The notes beneath the pieces were generated by a model. The model was not told the DNA's origin. It saw only the letters and a list, made by a program, of their open reading frames with translations, and did no database searches. From Octopus vulgaris (Eukaryota), in contig OX597817.1 of NCBI GenBank assembly GCA_951406725.2, positions 33,108,001-33,172,000 of the forward strand: a stretch of DNA of 64,000 nt, in the 5' to 3' direction. Shown here piece by piece: positions 13,941 through 26,347 of the stretch. The translations under genes were made by a program, and so were the position numbers. Each line of letters starts with the position of its first letter. The stretch's first letter is position 1.

Positions 13941-14571
13941 GTGAGTATGCTTTCATAGCATGGTGTTTAACTAGCTCTTCTATCACACTACTCCCACTAC
14001 TACTTTTTAAAAATTTTTAGTCAATCTGCACTCCTTAGTAATCCCTGACACTTAATACTCCCAAGACCTTAATTCAGTATATGTTATTGTGTAACATTTT
14101 CATTTAGTTATTCATATGTAGCATGGGTTTAACTAGGTTCATAAATCATAGCTTTTGCATGAATTTTGGTGTTGGTGTTATGTTTGATGGCCACCCTCTT
14201 GTGAACTATACAGTTATTAAGTGATAGTGGCTGTTACTTAACTATGTAAACTAAAGCTTTAGAGTAATGTTCCTTGTTTAAGTGTGCTATAATAGGACTC
14301 ATGAAAAGACACTTAAACATAAAATGTATAGAATAACAACTTAGCCTGCCTTTTAGTTCCTAGTTGAAGTCAGTTCAATCCATATGTGTTACTAATATCA
14401 ATGTGAAAGAGAGCATAACAGTCTTGTTCCGGTCCCTTATAAATCTTGGCATAGTCAACTTTGCCTTCCTTCCAACAGTAACAAAATATTCAAACAGTTG
14501 ACTACATCGTATTCCTGTTTGGTTAAAAAAAAAAAAAGTGGGCCTACTTTTATGATGATTATTAGTATCAT

Positions 14572-15040
14572 TATCATCATTGTTTAACGTCCGTTTTCCG
14601 TGCTAGCACGGGTTGGACGGTTCGACCGGGGTCTGGGAAGCCAGGGGCTGCACCAGGCTCCAGTCTGATCTGGCAGTGTTTCTACAGCTGGATGCCCTTC
14701 CTAATGCCAACCACTCTGTGAGTGTAGTGGGTGCTTTTTACGTGCCACCTGCACAGGTGCCAGGGGAGTCCGGTATCGGCCACGATCGGTTGGTGCTTTT
14801 AACGTGCCACCGGCACGGAAGCCAGCCAAGGCGGCGCTGGCATCGGCCACGTTCGGATGGTGCTTTTTATGTGCCACCGGCACTGGAGCCAGTCGAGGCG
14901 GCACTGGCATCGACCACGTTCAGATGGTGCTTTTTATGTGCCACTGGCACAGAAGCCAGTTGAGGCGGCGCTGGCAACGGCCACGTTCAGATGGTGCTGT
15001 GCCACCGGCACTGGAGCCAGTCGAGGCAGCGCTGGCATGA
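14572..15040 (-). mobile_element. RTE-LINE 3' UTR/tail-derived repeat with internal tandem GGTGCTTTTTACGTGCCACC units
   Basis: Reverse complement of the tail found after the RT fragment at 50044-50843, ending ...AACCCATGCTAGCATGGAAAACGGACGTTAAACGATGATGATG. Confidence 0.8.
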
Positions 15041-15124
15041 TTGATTTAATTCAGACAATAAAGAGTGGGGGTACATATGATTAAATTGTGTGTGTGTGTG
15101 TGTGTGTATGCATGCATACATATC

Positions 15125-15412
15125 GCAGTTGTGGCTGTGGGGTAAGAAGTTTGCTTTCCAACCCTATCATTCTGGGTTCACTCCCACTGTGTTGCAACTT
15201 AGGCAAGTGTCTCTGTGTCTGTGTTTGTCCCATGCCACTGCTTGACAACTGGTGGTGGTGTATTTACATCCCTGTAACTTAGCAGTTTGGCCAAAAAAAA
15301 AAACACTAAAATAAGTACCAGGCTTTCAAGAAAAAAAAAAAGGAATAGAGTTGATTCATTCTACAAGGCCTGGCTACACTCTAATGACTGAAACAAGTAA
15401 AAGATAAAACAT
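15125..15412 (+). mobile_element. tRNA-derived SINE (family B), diverged
   Basis: GTGGCTGTGGGGTAAGAAGTTTGC...GGGTTCA head and AATGACTGAAACAAGTAAAAG tail, homologous to 53421-53806. Confidence 0.7.
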
Positions 15413-15444
15413 AAGGTGTCATACAATCTACAGTGGCATATCAC

Positions 15445-15672
15445 TTAATCCTTTCATTACCAACCCGGCTGAAACTGTCTCTGGCTCTGAGTACAAATGT
15501 TTTGTTTTCACAAGTTTTGAATTAATATCTTCTATCAAACCTTAGTCACAATTTATGTTCCTAACACTAGCTGAATGATACCTAAGTTATTTTACTAAAT
15601 TCTTTGCTATATTTAAAATAATTGAAAGAAACACAGAGCATCTCAAAATAAATACAGTAACAAAAGGGTTAA
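15445..15672. mobile_element. piggyBac-type MITE (TTAA target, CCCTTTCGTTAC TIR family), copy 1
   Basis: TTAA-TCCTTTCATTAC...GTAACAAAAGGG-TTAA. Near-identical to 55020-55232. Confidence 0.8.
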
Positions 15673-16817
15673 AAGACTTCTAAAAGTCACAATATATTTT
15701 TTTATGCTTTGCATTTCATTCCCTGCCACCATCCTGCTTTCCAATGATAGTGGCATTTCTGCTCTTTTCAGGGATTCTGTATATCGCTGTGACCCTGGCT
15801 GGGTGACTAATGGATGCTATACTTTGCCAAAGGTCAACCCGTGATTTTCTCTGGGACTGCTTATTGAGTATTTGCAGCTAACCCATATATCTACAAGCCA
15901 TTTCCTTATCTGCAAACTGGGGACTTGATGGTTGGAGTTTTCATCATCATACCATAATTCCATGATGCAAAACTTGTTCCCCATAGACTGTCATGTTACA
16001 TAGGGGCCAGTAATGAAAATGAGTTCCACACTGCAGAACTTCAAACCATAGCCAGATTTTTATCAAGTGACACTTCAATAATGTGGCGGATGCCTGATGT
16101 AGTTTTCTGCCAAAAGTTAGAGATCATTATTCTGAGTTCAAATCCCACTTAGGTCAAGTTTGCCTTTCATCCTTCCAAGGGTCAATGAAATAAAGTACTT
16201 TTTAATTACTGGAAATGATTTAATCTAACTCCCCTCCCTCTTATATTTCAAGCCTTCTATCTATATTAGAAACAAATGTGGATTGGCAGTTCTAACATTT
16301 TCAGTATTTATTCCAGCTCTTTACATTCTGAGTCGAAATCCTGCCAAGACAAACTTTACCTTTCATTCTTCTTTGATTGATAAAATAAAATACCTGTCAT
16401 GTACTAGGGTTGATGTAATCAACTAATCCCCTTCCTCCCCAAACTATTGGCTTTGTGCCTGAATTAGTAATAATTATGATAATTATTATTACGCAATAAG
16501 AAGAGTGTGATATGATATATAATAAATACGGATTGATTCTGTTTACTTACCTTCATGAAGAGTCATGTCAGTCTTCGTAAATTATCAAAGTCAAGTAGTT
16601 TTTGATAAGATGATTGATTTTTCAGTTGTGCCAAGTTCATTTGGTAAACAGTCACATGGTATTTATTATATATCATATCGTGGTGCAGCCATCTGGTTCG
16701 CCAGTCCTCAGTCAAATCGTCCAACCCATGCTAGCATGGAAAGCAGACGTTAAATGATGATGATGATGTGGTCTTAGTATCTACTTTCATGAAGAGTTGC
16801 AGCAATCTTCATGAATT

Positions 16818-16849
<32 letters not shown>

Positions 16850-16962
16850 TATTATAAAATAAGTACCAGTTGAACACTGGGATTGATGTAATCAACTCAT
16901 CCTTACCTCCCCCAAGCTGCCCTTGTGGAAAAAATATGAAATAATAATAATAATAATTATTA

Positions 16963-17078
16963 TTAACCTTTAGCCCACTGCATTTTCTCTAGAATTGTTT
17001 CCCCTACCACTGACCTGTTTCTACAGGGGAGAAAACTCATGTGGTGACATAATGCACCTGCAGTGTGCTAAAGATTAA
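16963..17078. mobile_element. TTAA-flanked MITE, copy 2 of the 10478 family
   Basis: TTAA-CCTTTAGC...GCTAAAGA-TTAA. Confidence 0.55.
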
Positions 17079-17079
17079 A

Positions 17080-17310
17080 TAAGGTGGTAAGCTGGCAGAA
17101 CCATTAACATGCTGGACTATATGCTTTATGGTATTTTGTCTGTCTTTACATTCTTAGCTCTGATTCTGGTGAGGTGGACCTTGCCTTTCATCCTTTCAGG
17201 GTCGGTAAAATAGATACCAGTCAAATACTGGGGTTGATGTAATTTAATAGCTCCCTCCTATCAAAACTTACTGGCCTTGTGCCAAAATTTGAAACCATCA
17301 TCATTATTAT
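17080..17310 (+). mobile_element. Older tRNA-derived SINE (family A-related); similar fragments at 16130-16470, 26252-26345 and 60680-60860
   Basis: AAGGTGGTAAGCTGGCAGAA head and TTGCCTTTCATCCTTTC...ACTGGGGTTGATGTAAT body. Confidence 0.7.
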
Positions 17311-18607
17311 TAAATAGAACAGTCTTTATTCCTCTTGCATGTTGCCTACCTCAACCTCTGTTTTACATACTGCATATTATAGTGTAACGTTTTGAGATCA
17401 GCTGCATGTTATAGAAATATCGATGATACTCGAGGGTACCATGAAAGTAAAATGAAATGAAATTCTGAAAGAACAAGGCAGATGCTGTTTTTCTGTCTTA
17501 GATGGAAGAATATTTGTTGGCCACATTCATGCTTGTACTTGATCTCATTTTGATGTTGATATCTGTTTTTATCTGTTTCATTTCTGTTAACAAATCAAAT
17601 GGATTTTATGTAATGAATAATTTCTTTTGGTTGTTAATTGTGTTCACTTTCGAATTATTTGATTTCTTAAATCAGATCCCTTTGAAGCATGTAACCCCTT
17701 ACAATCAATCCATTACCCAACTTGTTGTCCCTGTTCTCGCACAATCTTATGATTTAAGTGACATTGTGTATTTTACTCAGTTTTCTTTAACATTCCCCCC
17801 CCATCCCCACCTATTTTGTCTGCGAATCAGTTCTTAATCTTAATATTTTGGTTTTGTTTTTTTGATATTTAACAGTATTGTCCAAATCCACTGTTTTCAT
17901 AATCATGATTTCAGTGTAATTCTCAAAGTTTAATAGTCACAGCATGTATGTGCTAAATTCTTACTGTAGCTTCTTCATGTCGAAAATATATATTTTGCTA
18001 ACTACTATTAATTCTAAAACCAGTCATGTGCCTGTAGAAAAGAAAAAGATGTGAATGTATATGTCTGAGTTGTTTGCTTCTGGTGTGTGTGCAGTTACAT
18101 ACAGATTTAAAAAAAAAATTTTTTTTTTTTTCATTTTATTTGAAGGTGACTCAATTTGCCAATATTCAGTATTTACTCCAGTAAAAAATAAGCTACTGGA
18201 ATTTGTCTATAATATAAAAATGCTTTACTGATCTAACGAAAGTAATTTTAATTTTTTTTCCTCACCTTTACGCTGTTCTCATCCTATATTACAAATACTC
18301 TATGAAGCATATATAATCTGCTTAAGATTTTTTTTTTCATATATAAATTGGTTTCATTTATTTTCTTAGATTCTAAATCTCGCACCCACACACATGCACA
18401 TACACCTACAACCTGTATTTGTAGTCACTAACCCTTTCATGTGTATAATACTCTACCACACTCTGCTCTCATTGGTGGTGTATCTTCACAACTTACTTTT
18501 TTATTTAACAATTGCTTCACTAATAATCATTATTTAACATCAACTGTGTAATTTTTTTTTTTTTTTCTTGTCTGTAAACTAATATTCTTTCCATTACATT
18601 TTTGCAG

Positions 18608-18639
18608 AAGTTGATGAAGAACAAGTTTCTGCTGTCTGA
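18608..18639 (+). CDS. RAPGEF2: Terminal coding exon of PDZ-GEF ending in a class I PDZ-binding motif (EVDEEQVSAV*)
   Basis: Long pyrimidine tract, ACTAAT branch-like motif at 18578 and TTTGCAG| acceptor. The phase-1 join gives EVDEEQVSAV-TGA. EQVSAV is the characteristic RAPGEF2/RAPGEF6 C-terminus. Confidence 0.85.
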
Positions 18640-20080
18640 GATGGACATTTTCTTGGGTGCAGCGTCTCGAGGCATTTCTCAACTCGACACTATCATAATA
18701 ATTTTAATCTGAAATGAATCCTCTGTAGAATAAAAAAAAAGTTTACTGGTGTGGATATGAAAACAGATCTGACAGTTTTTCCAGAAAGTCTAACTTTATA
18801 GTTCCTCATCACATGTTGACCAGTTGTGATTGGCTATTTACCTTACTGACTTCAAAATACGGCTACTCATATGTCTTTGGTCATTAGCTATCTCACCTTT
18901 CCTGTCACTATTTATAAATTTCACTAGATTGCTGATACCAATTTTGCAGCAAATGAACACATTACATTATCAGCCATCAATTATGCTTGAAGACTAAGGA
19001 GAAATTCAAGTTTATTTTGTATATTTTTAGATATATCTTCTCTCTTTTTAACGAATATAAACTTCATTGAACAGAAACTGAAAAGAAAATCAGTTCAGAT
19101 CGGAATTATTTGTTTCATTCATCCAGACAACATAGCCAATATAAAACACATCTATTTTCAAATAGTTCTGGTTTCTTCATCTTTCTCCCATCATTCAGTA
19201 ACATTTATGGAAAAAAAAAAAAATTCTTAGCCTGAACACTATTTGGTAAAAAAAAGACTACAAAAAAACAAAAAACAAAAACGAAACAGAATTCTCTTCA
19301 TTTGTGTATTAATAACTTAATTTCAAGACCTTGTTTTGAAATTTGTAACAGAAAAATATTTAAAGAAAAGAACTCTATATTGTTTGCACTGATTAAAGAA
19401 TCGGTTTTTACAAGGAAGGAGTTAAGAAAAAAGAAGAAAGAAAAAAATAAAAATAAAAAAAAAAAATGGGAAATTCTCAGAAGTATGGATATGTAGAACT
19501 AATATATTATTTATCCCATTATGAAACTTATGTTAATTTTAGGTCTATCTGCTGCAGTTTTGCCTCTACATTACTCCTCTCTCATCTGCTCAGTTGACCT
19601 AAGCAGGAAGTTTTGGAACAACATTTGCTGCTATTTAAAAAACAGTTTAATAAACAAAAAAAAAAAAAAAAAAAAAAAGAAATCTGCTTACAGAGAAAAA
19701 ATACTTCTGTCAAACTACTTATGCTTAAACATGTTACCTAACTTCAATCCGGTGGTCAGGCAGCAGATTTTTTTTGTGTGTTGTTTTATTTTATTTTGTC
19801 ATTTTCTTAACCAGCAATCTGTATGGTATGTGGAAAATTTGGCAGAAAACAGTACAGCTCTTGAATTCTCATATTGACATTGAAACTCTATTCAAACAAC
19901 ATAAATAAAGGAGAGAGAGAGAGAGAGAGAATGATAAATCGATTAACCAATACTCTGATTGAAATGTGCTGACTATGGTTTTAAGTCTTCAGATTGTGGA
20001 TTACTCAAATACAAACATAAATTTAGAAAAAAAAGCAAAAAAAAAAAAAACAACATAAGATGACAAAAAATAAACACATA

Positions 20081-20139
20081 CCAAGGAACCTTCTCCCTGC
20101 TGGAAATCTCCAAGGAACCTTCTCCCTGCTGGAAATCTC
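20081..20139 (+). repeat. Perfect 29-bp tandem duplication in the putative 3' UTR
   Basis: CCAAGGAACCTTCTCCCTGCTGGAAATCT occurs twice. Confidence 0.9.
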
Positions 20140-21887
20140 TAATCATTTATATAAAATTTTGTGTGTGCGTGTGCGTGTGATAAAATTAATTTAATTTCAT
20201 TGATTATTCCAATTCCACCCCTATATGTAAGGTTGGACCATGTTGTACATTGCATGCAAAGAGGCAATTATCTAACTGGACCTAGGTCATCTTGAAAATA
20301 TGAAAGAGAAGTAGAGAGGGAGAAACTAAGAGAAAATGAAAACTGCACAACACATCTGAAAGTAATTTTTAAGTGAAAAACCCAAAAGTGATTTTTTTTT
20401 TTTATGTATTGTTTGTATGCTATTTTTTTTTTTCTTTGAATAAGCCAGAGTGGGCCGTTCCTAATTCACGCAGGCAGGCAACGGTTTTCTAGTTTTTATA
20501 TAACGGGCAAGTGCATTAATCTATTTGGAACTAAGTTGGTGTACCATCGTTAAATATTGTAGTTGCAGTCTGACTATTGTGGGCAATCAGCAGGTGCCAG
20601 TTCTGAAAATGGTTCCATGTTGTAAATATATGTATGGTTTTTTGTTTGTTTTCCATTTTTTTTTTTAAGCTTAAAAGAAACTTGAAATGCTCTTCTTTTC
20701 CTTTTCTGTAATCATAACTATCTTCTGGTTTTTTTTTTTGCCTCCTCTTCCTTCTCTCTCTCTCAATATAGTTTAGAACTGACGAAAATGATCCTGGGCT
20801 GAAAATTTAACAACTGTATATAATTTTAAAATTTTCACAAAAGATGAGAAAATAACTAAATTAAAGTAAAAAAATCTTATGCATCCCAATCATTCCACAT
20901 GTCGTTGTTTAAGTGGTAGCGCCTCTGACCATTGTTCTTCACATAGCTTTAACATGAGGTTTTCTTACTTAAACATTTTGATGCCGCTGAAACTCAAATC
21001 AACTACAGAAATTATTTAAAGAGAACAAGCTTTATTTCTTTCATGTTTATTTAAATCAAATTTTACTTTTGTAATATTTTGTTGGTGTATTAATATCATT
21101 TATTGTCCACACAACAAAAGACTGCAACATATTTAGCATTTAAGATATACTGAAAGCAGAAAGCTGAGTAAAGTGTCAGTTAACTTTCAAATCACCTAAG
21201 AAAATTTCTGTTTTTTGAATTTGTTTTTAATAAACATTTGTGCTCTTTTAGTATTTGTAATTTTAGGAATTGTTCCTATTCATCACTATGGATGCTATCA
21301 TCTTTTACAGACAACTTTCAGCTCTAAATGAATTCAATGTTAAGTGCCTACACGTAAAGATATTTGAAAAAAAATGAGAAACTGCTAATTAACTTCAAAA
21401 CTACCCTAGGCCATGTTAATTTTGGCCTGTATTTTTATAGTCATAAACATTTATTGACAAATTCGACACACTTCAAACTCATTTCTTATTCTGTAGAAAC
21501 CTAAAGGGGGGAAAATATCAATCAAAATCAAATTTCATTTCTTTAATTGTAAGTCAAAAACAATGTTTTCTGCATTTCCTTGAAAAGATGAAACAGTTAT
21601 GAAGAACAGCATCTTTGGGTAATTTATAGCAGTTTTCTTTAGAGTCCCTTGGTATAGTCTGCTTAGTTTTTATATGTATATATATTATTGAGCCTTCATT
21701 CTTCATGGTAGAAAGTTACAGGTACCTTTGCTAGAATCCTTGATTAAAATACTTAATAGATTTTCACTATCAGTTACTGTGTGCATCTCAGAACAGAAGG
21801 TAGCATGAACTGCTTAAAATTGAAACTAATCAACAAGTGAAACAAGTAATATAATTAGTAACGAATGCAACTATATTGTCATTTTTA

Positions 21888-22119
21888 AGGCGGTGAGCTG
21901 GCAGAAACGTTAGCACACCGGGCGAAATGCTTAGCGGTATTGTGTCTGTCATTGCGTTCTGAGTTCAAATTCCGCTGAGGTCGACTTTACCTTTCATCCT
22001 TTCGGGGTCGATAAATTAAGTACCAATTACACACTGGGGTCGATGTAATCGACTTAATCCGTTTGTCTGTCCTTGTTTGTCCCCTCTATGTTTAGCCCCT
22101 TGTGGGCAATAAAGAAACA
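21888..22119 (+). mobile_element. tRNA-derived SINE (family A), full length
   Basis: AGGCGGTGAGCTGGCAGAAACGTTAGC...GAGTTCAAATTCC...AATAAAGAAA with a 16-bp TSD TATATTGTCATTTTTA. Confidence 0.9.
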
Positions 22120-22972
22120 TATATTGTCATTTTTATAAGCTTTTTAGCATGCAGTAGCAAAAATTTATTTTATTTATGTGTGTGTGTGTGTGAGTGAATG
22201 TGAAAGAATCTTAACTGTTCTGTTATTTTCACCTCTCTCTCCTTTTTTTCCCTCTGTTGTGCATGTTATCAATTGCTTTCACAACTGGGAAGATATTTCA
22301 TTTGTTCTTTCCTTTCTTTATCTCTTTAATCTGGTTTTCCCCCAAAGCGTTTACTTCTATTTTAGAACAAGCTTCTCACAAGAAGCTTGATATCAGCTGT
22401 TTTCTTCATAACTCGACATCGTTCTTGACTTACAATTAATTCTTAACGAAATAATCACATTGACAAGTATGGGCATATTTTTAAACCGTTTTTGAAACTT
22501 TCCTTTAAAAGCTTCAATAATAATATTTTTAAAGTAGGTTGATAAAGGTCCTCTGATCTGAAAGTTGAGAGTTTTTCTGACAAAAGTGAATTTTTCATTT
22601 TTTCTTTTTTAAAATACCTGTACAGAATAGCTGGAGTATTAAATAGATCACTTTTTTTGCTTTCTGGCTAAGTGATTCACTTTCGAAAATGCATCCATGC
22701 ATAAAACAGTTCTTGCAAAATACACTTGGATTTGTAGAACCATTTACTCCATGCTAGCATGGGAAATTAAAGGGGGAAAAAAAAAAGAAAAAAGAAAAAA
22801 AGCATTGGCAAAGGAAAGTGGGGAAGAAAAAAAAGCAACAAAAAATATTTTAAATATTTGGTTATAGGCACCAACTTCTACACAGATAGGTCTGCATGCA
22901 CATGTCTGGTTACATGTGCACATGCAATATATGCATATATCTACATATATATATATATATACATATATATAC

Positions 22973-23021
<49 letters not shown>

Positions 23022-24424
23022 CATACACAGACACACTCATACTGCAAGAGAAATTTTATTTTTAAGACATTTATTGCAACTGGCATTAATTTAAGTCAAC
23101 TGCTGCATTATATAAAGCTGAGAATGGATGGTTAAAGTCAATGAGTTGTTCTATCATCTATGTTTTATCTATACATTGGTCACGTTGTTGTTGTCGTCGT
23201 CGTCGATGTCTCTACTCTTTCTTTTTCTTTAACTCTTCTCCTTTGTTGCTAGCAACATTTTCACAATTTTTATCTTGGTCTCTAACACACATCAATCTGG
23301 GTTTTGCCTATATTAAAAAGGAGCTGTGCTTCGTTATTCGTTTTTTTTAAATTCTTTTTCTTTTTTTTTTTTTATATTAAGTTGTGTCATGAGTGGTATC
23401 TGCTGGGTGCAACTTCAATAGCTTTCTGTAGAGATTTTTTTTAAGACCAATTTTAGTTTGTGCCAACTTGGCATTATTGTCTGCTGATTGATGTCCCACC
23501 TTTTGTCAAGCTCAACTGATTCAGGATTTTCCACTTAATTTTTGTAGGACTATATATATATATATATTTCTGGCACATGTATTTCATTATGTGCATGTGT
23601 GTTTCTTTAAGTGCATGTGTCTTTTTGTTTACATCCGTGTTTAATATTTTTATGAGTGAGTGAGATATATATAGATATGTATGTATATATATATATATAT
23701 ATATATGTGTGTTTATATATATAAAGAGAGAGAGAGGGAGACAGTTTGTGTAAGTCTGCGTATGTATGTATACATATGTAATATATGTGTATATAGTATA
23801 TATGTATATATTATATATGTATGTTTATACATATATGTATGTACATACACATATATACACTGTATATTATATATGTATATATAATAGGAATTATCTGTAT
23901 TAGTGTGTGCGTGTGTGCATGCAAGCATGTATGTATATGTATACACACATTCACGCAAGCAAATTACAGGTTTCTTCTAAAGTTGATGGTAGTGTGAATG
24001 CATGTGCGTATGTATTTTACTTGTGTATGTATGTAATATATGCATATATACACATCATTTGTCTGGGCGTGCATGTGTGTATATATGTATATATATATAT
24101 AAATATGAAATTGCCATGTCATTTAATAAATAATTTGTACTGAATGGATTTGTTTTTTTGTTTTTTTTTTGCCTCCTTTGTATTTGAATATTTTGTATAT
24201 TTGTTGTTTTGATAGATGCTGCTGTCAACTGTTTCAAGAACATACATGTATCATTGTTTTTAATATGAGGAAGTTGATTGACCTGTGTTCATAGAGTTTA
24301 AACAACTTAACTTTTGTTGTATTTTGGGAGGGTCATTTTTTAATATATTTTTAAGTGCTAAGTGACAAGTGTCCAACATTATAAAAAACATGAAATAAAA
24401 TTTTAAACTCATACATATTGTTTG

Positions 24425-24812
24425 ATAGGGCCTCATGGAGACAAGTTGGCTGAGTTCCTTTCGAGCATTGGGCCTCATGGAGTCAAAGTGGCCAAGTGCC
24501 TTTCAAGTGTTAGGCCTCACGGAGGCAATGACCAAGACCTTTGGCATTATGTCATGTTTAAGAAGAAGACCCATCAAGTCGAGCAAAATTGCAGTCGTGG
24601 CAGATACCTGTGTCATGCAAATGGTACCTGTGCTGGTGGCACGTAATAGCACCCATTACACTCTCAGAGTGGTTGGCATTAGGAAAGGCATCCAGCTGTA
24701 GAAAACCATACCAAATCAAGAATGGAGCCTTGCACAGCCTTCAAGCATGCCAGCCCAGTCAAACTGTCCAACCAATGCCAGCATGGACAGTAGACGTTTG
24801 ATGATGACGATG
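24425..24812 (+). mobile_element. RTE 3'-UTR-derived repeat (second variant)
   Basis: Contains GGCATTAGGAAAGGCATCCAGCTGTAGAAA...CAGCATGGA...GATGATGA. A reverse-strand homologue lies at 62790-63215. Confidence 0.7.
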
Positions 24813-25503
24813 GTGGTGGTGATGGTGAAGAAGAAGAATAGCATTACTTTATAAGATTTTGTTTGAAGTCCTGTTTCAAGCTTGGAAAAATCATCAAAAG
24901 TTCTGATGTTGGACTGAGCAATGTTTGGGTTACAGTTTCAAATTTGATGCGAACTTGACAAATAGAACCTAGATTGGATGAATCAAATATAATCTAATTC
25001 TGGCCTAATATTTATCGGGGGATTCATTTTAAGAATGCATATACATATATATATATATATATATCATTTTAAAAGGAAATCAGGTCAGGGCTACAATGAT
25101 TTCTAATATTCCAAACTATGAATTCTAGAAGATGGTTTTTATTTCTTTAATTGACCTGACCTCAAACTAGAATTCAGAATAGGAAGGGGCATAACCAAAT
25201 ATTGCTAGTACAGTCCAGCAATCCGTACCACTTATCGCCCTTGTTATCTAGTTAAATGATTTCTTTTTAAAATGCCAAACTTTTCTCATTTACATATTTA
25301 ATGGAATAATTATATAAAACCCCAGATCTGGTCTAACACTCATTGTCAGTTTACAATTGTTCTTTACATAAGAAATGTTTAATTCTCTTCACTCATACAC
25401 TGGCAAGGAGCATCTACATTGCTTGGTCTACTAGAAATACGACCAAGTTTCCTGCCAATATTAAATAGGTCTTATTACATAGGTTTTCTTCAGTGTCTGT
25501 AAA

Positions 25504-25777
25504 TGGAAGCACTCCGTCGGTTACGACGACGAGGGTTCCAGTTGATCCGAATCAACGGAACAGCCTGCTCGTGAAATTAACGTGTAAGTGGCTGAGCACT
25601 CCACAGACACGTGCACCCTTAACGTAGTTCTCGGGGATATTCAGCGTGACACAGAGAGTGACAAGGCCGGCCCTTTGAAATACAGGTACAACAGAAACAG
25701 GAAGAAAGTCGTGGTGAAAGAGTACAGCAGGGATCACCACCATCCCCTGCCGGAGCCTCGTGGAGCTTTAGGTGTTT
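25504..25777 (-). mobile_element. 5'-truncated SINE (family C, tRNA-Arg-like head seen at 40635)
   Basis: 12-bp TSD AGTGTCTGTAAA. The minus strand begins AAACACCTAAAGCTCCACGAGGCTCCGGCAG, matching the sequence after the tRNA-like head at 40635-40800. Confidence 0.8.
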
Positions 25778-26003
25778 AGTGTCTGTAAAAGACAGGATGT
25801 TCATGGGTAGAATGCCTTTTTTTATCATGGAACTTCTCTATCAGGGTTCACTGGGATTCAATAACTGCTTCTTTTTTTCTAACTTTCACAAATTTTCTTA
25901 CATGTTTCAAAACGTATCAGTGACACTAATTTTATTATAAGTGTATGGTTTTTACAGATAAATAAGATAGTTGTGATTATTATTATTATTACTCTTGAAT
26001 ATA

Positions 26004-26236
26004 TATTTCTTTACTACCCACAAGGGGCTAAACACAGAGGGGACAAACAAGGACAGACAAAGGGATTAAGTCGATTACATCGACCCCAGTGCGCAACTGG
26101 TACTTAATTCATCGACCCCGAAAGGATGAAAGGCAAAGTCGACCTCAGCGGAATTTGAACTCAGAACGTAACGGCAGACGAAAAACGGCCACGCATTTCG
26201 CCCGGCGTGCTAACGTTTCTGCCAGCTCGCCACCTT
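26004..26236 (-). mobile_element. tRNA-derived SINE (family A), full length
   Basis: Reverse complement of the 21888 copy. TSD TTACTCTTGAATATA. Confidence 0.9.
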
Positions 26237-26347
26237 TTACTCTTGAATATAGGGTGGCAAGCTGGCAGAATTGTTAGAATGTCAAGCAAAATGCTTTGTA
26301 GCATTTAGTCACTTTTTACGTTCTCAGTTCATATTCCACTGAATATG

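Larger units (their letters stand above)
18640..24415 (+). other. Probable long 3' UTR of the RAPGEF2-like gene
   Basis: Follows the stop codon. A/U-rich with only one SINE in ~5.8 kb. Several AATAAA; a distal one at 24394-24399 is followed by U/GU-rich sequence just before the TE-dense region starts. The true end is not determinable from sequence. Confidence 0.45.

Noticed and set aside
14740-15030. Regularly spaced GGTGCTTTTTACGTGCCACC repeats and overlapping ORFs
   Set aside because: The spacers are homologous to each other and the segment is part of a dispersed RTE 3' UTR. The ORFs are by-products.
17502-17837. 111-aa hydrophobic ORF
   Set aside because: T-rich intronic composition explains it, and there is no recognisable domain.
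18637-18720. Stop-codon readthrough of RAPGEF
   Set aside because: The context is TGA-G rather than TGA-C(TA), no supporting structure is visible, and the extension is unremarkable.
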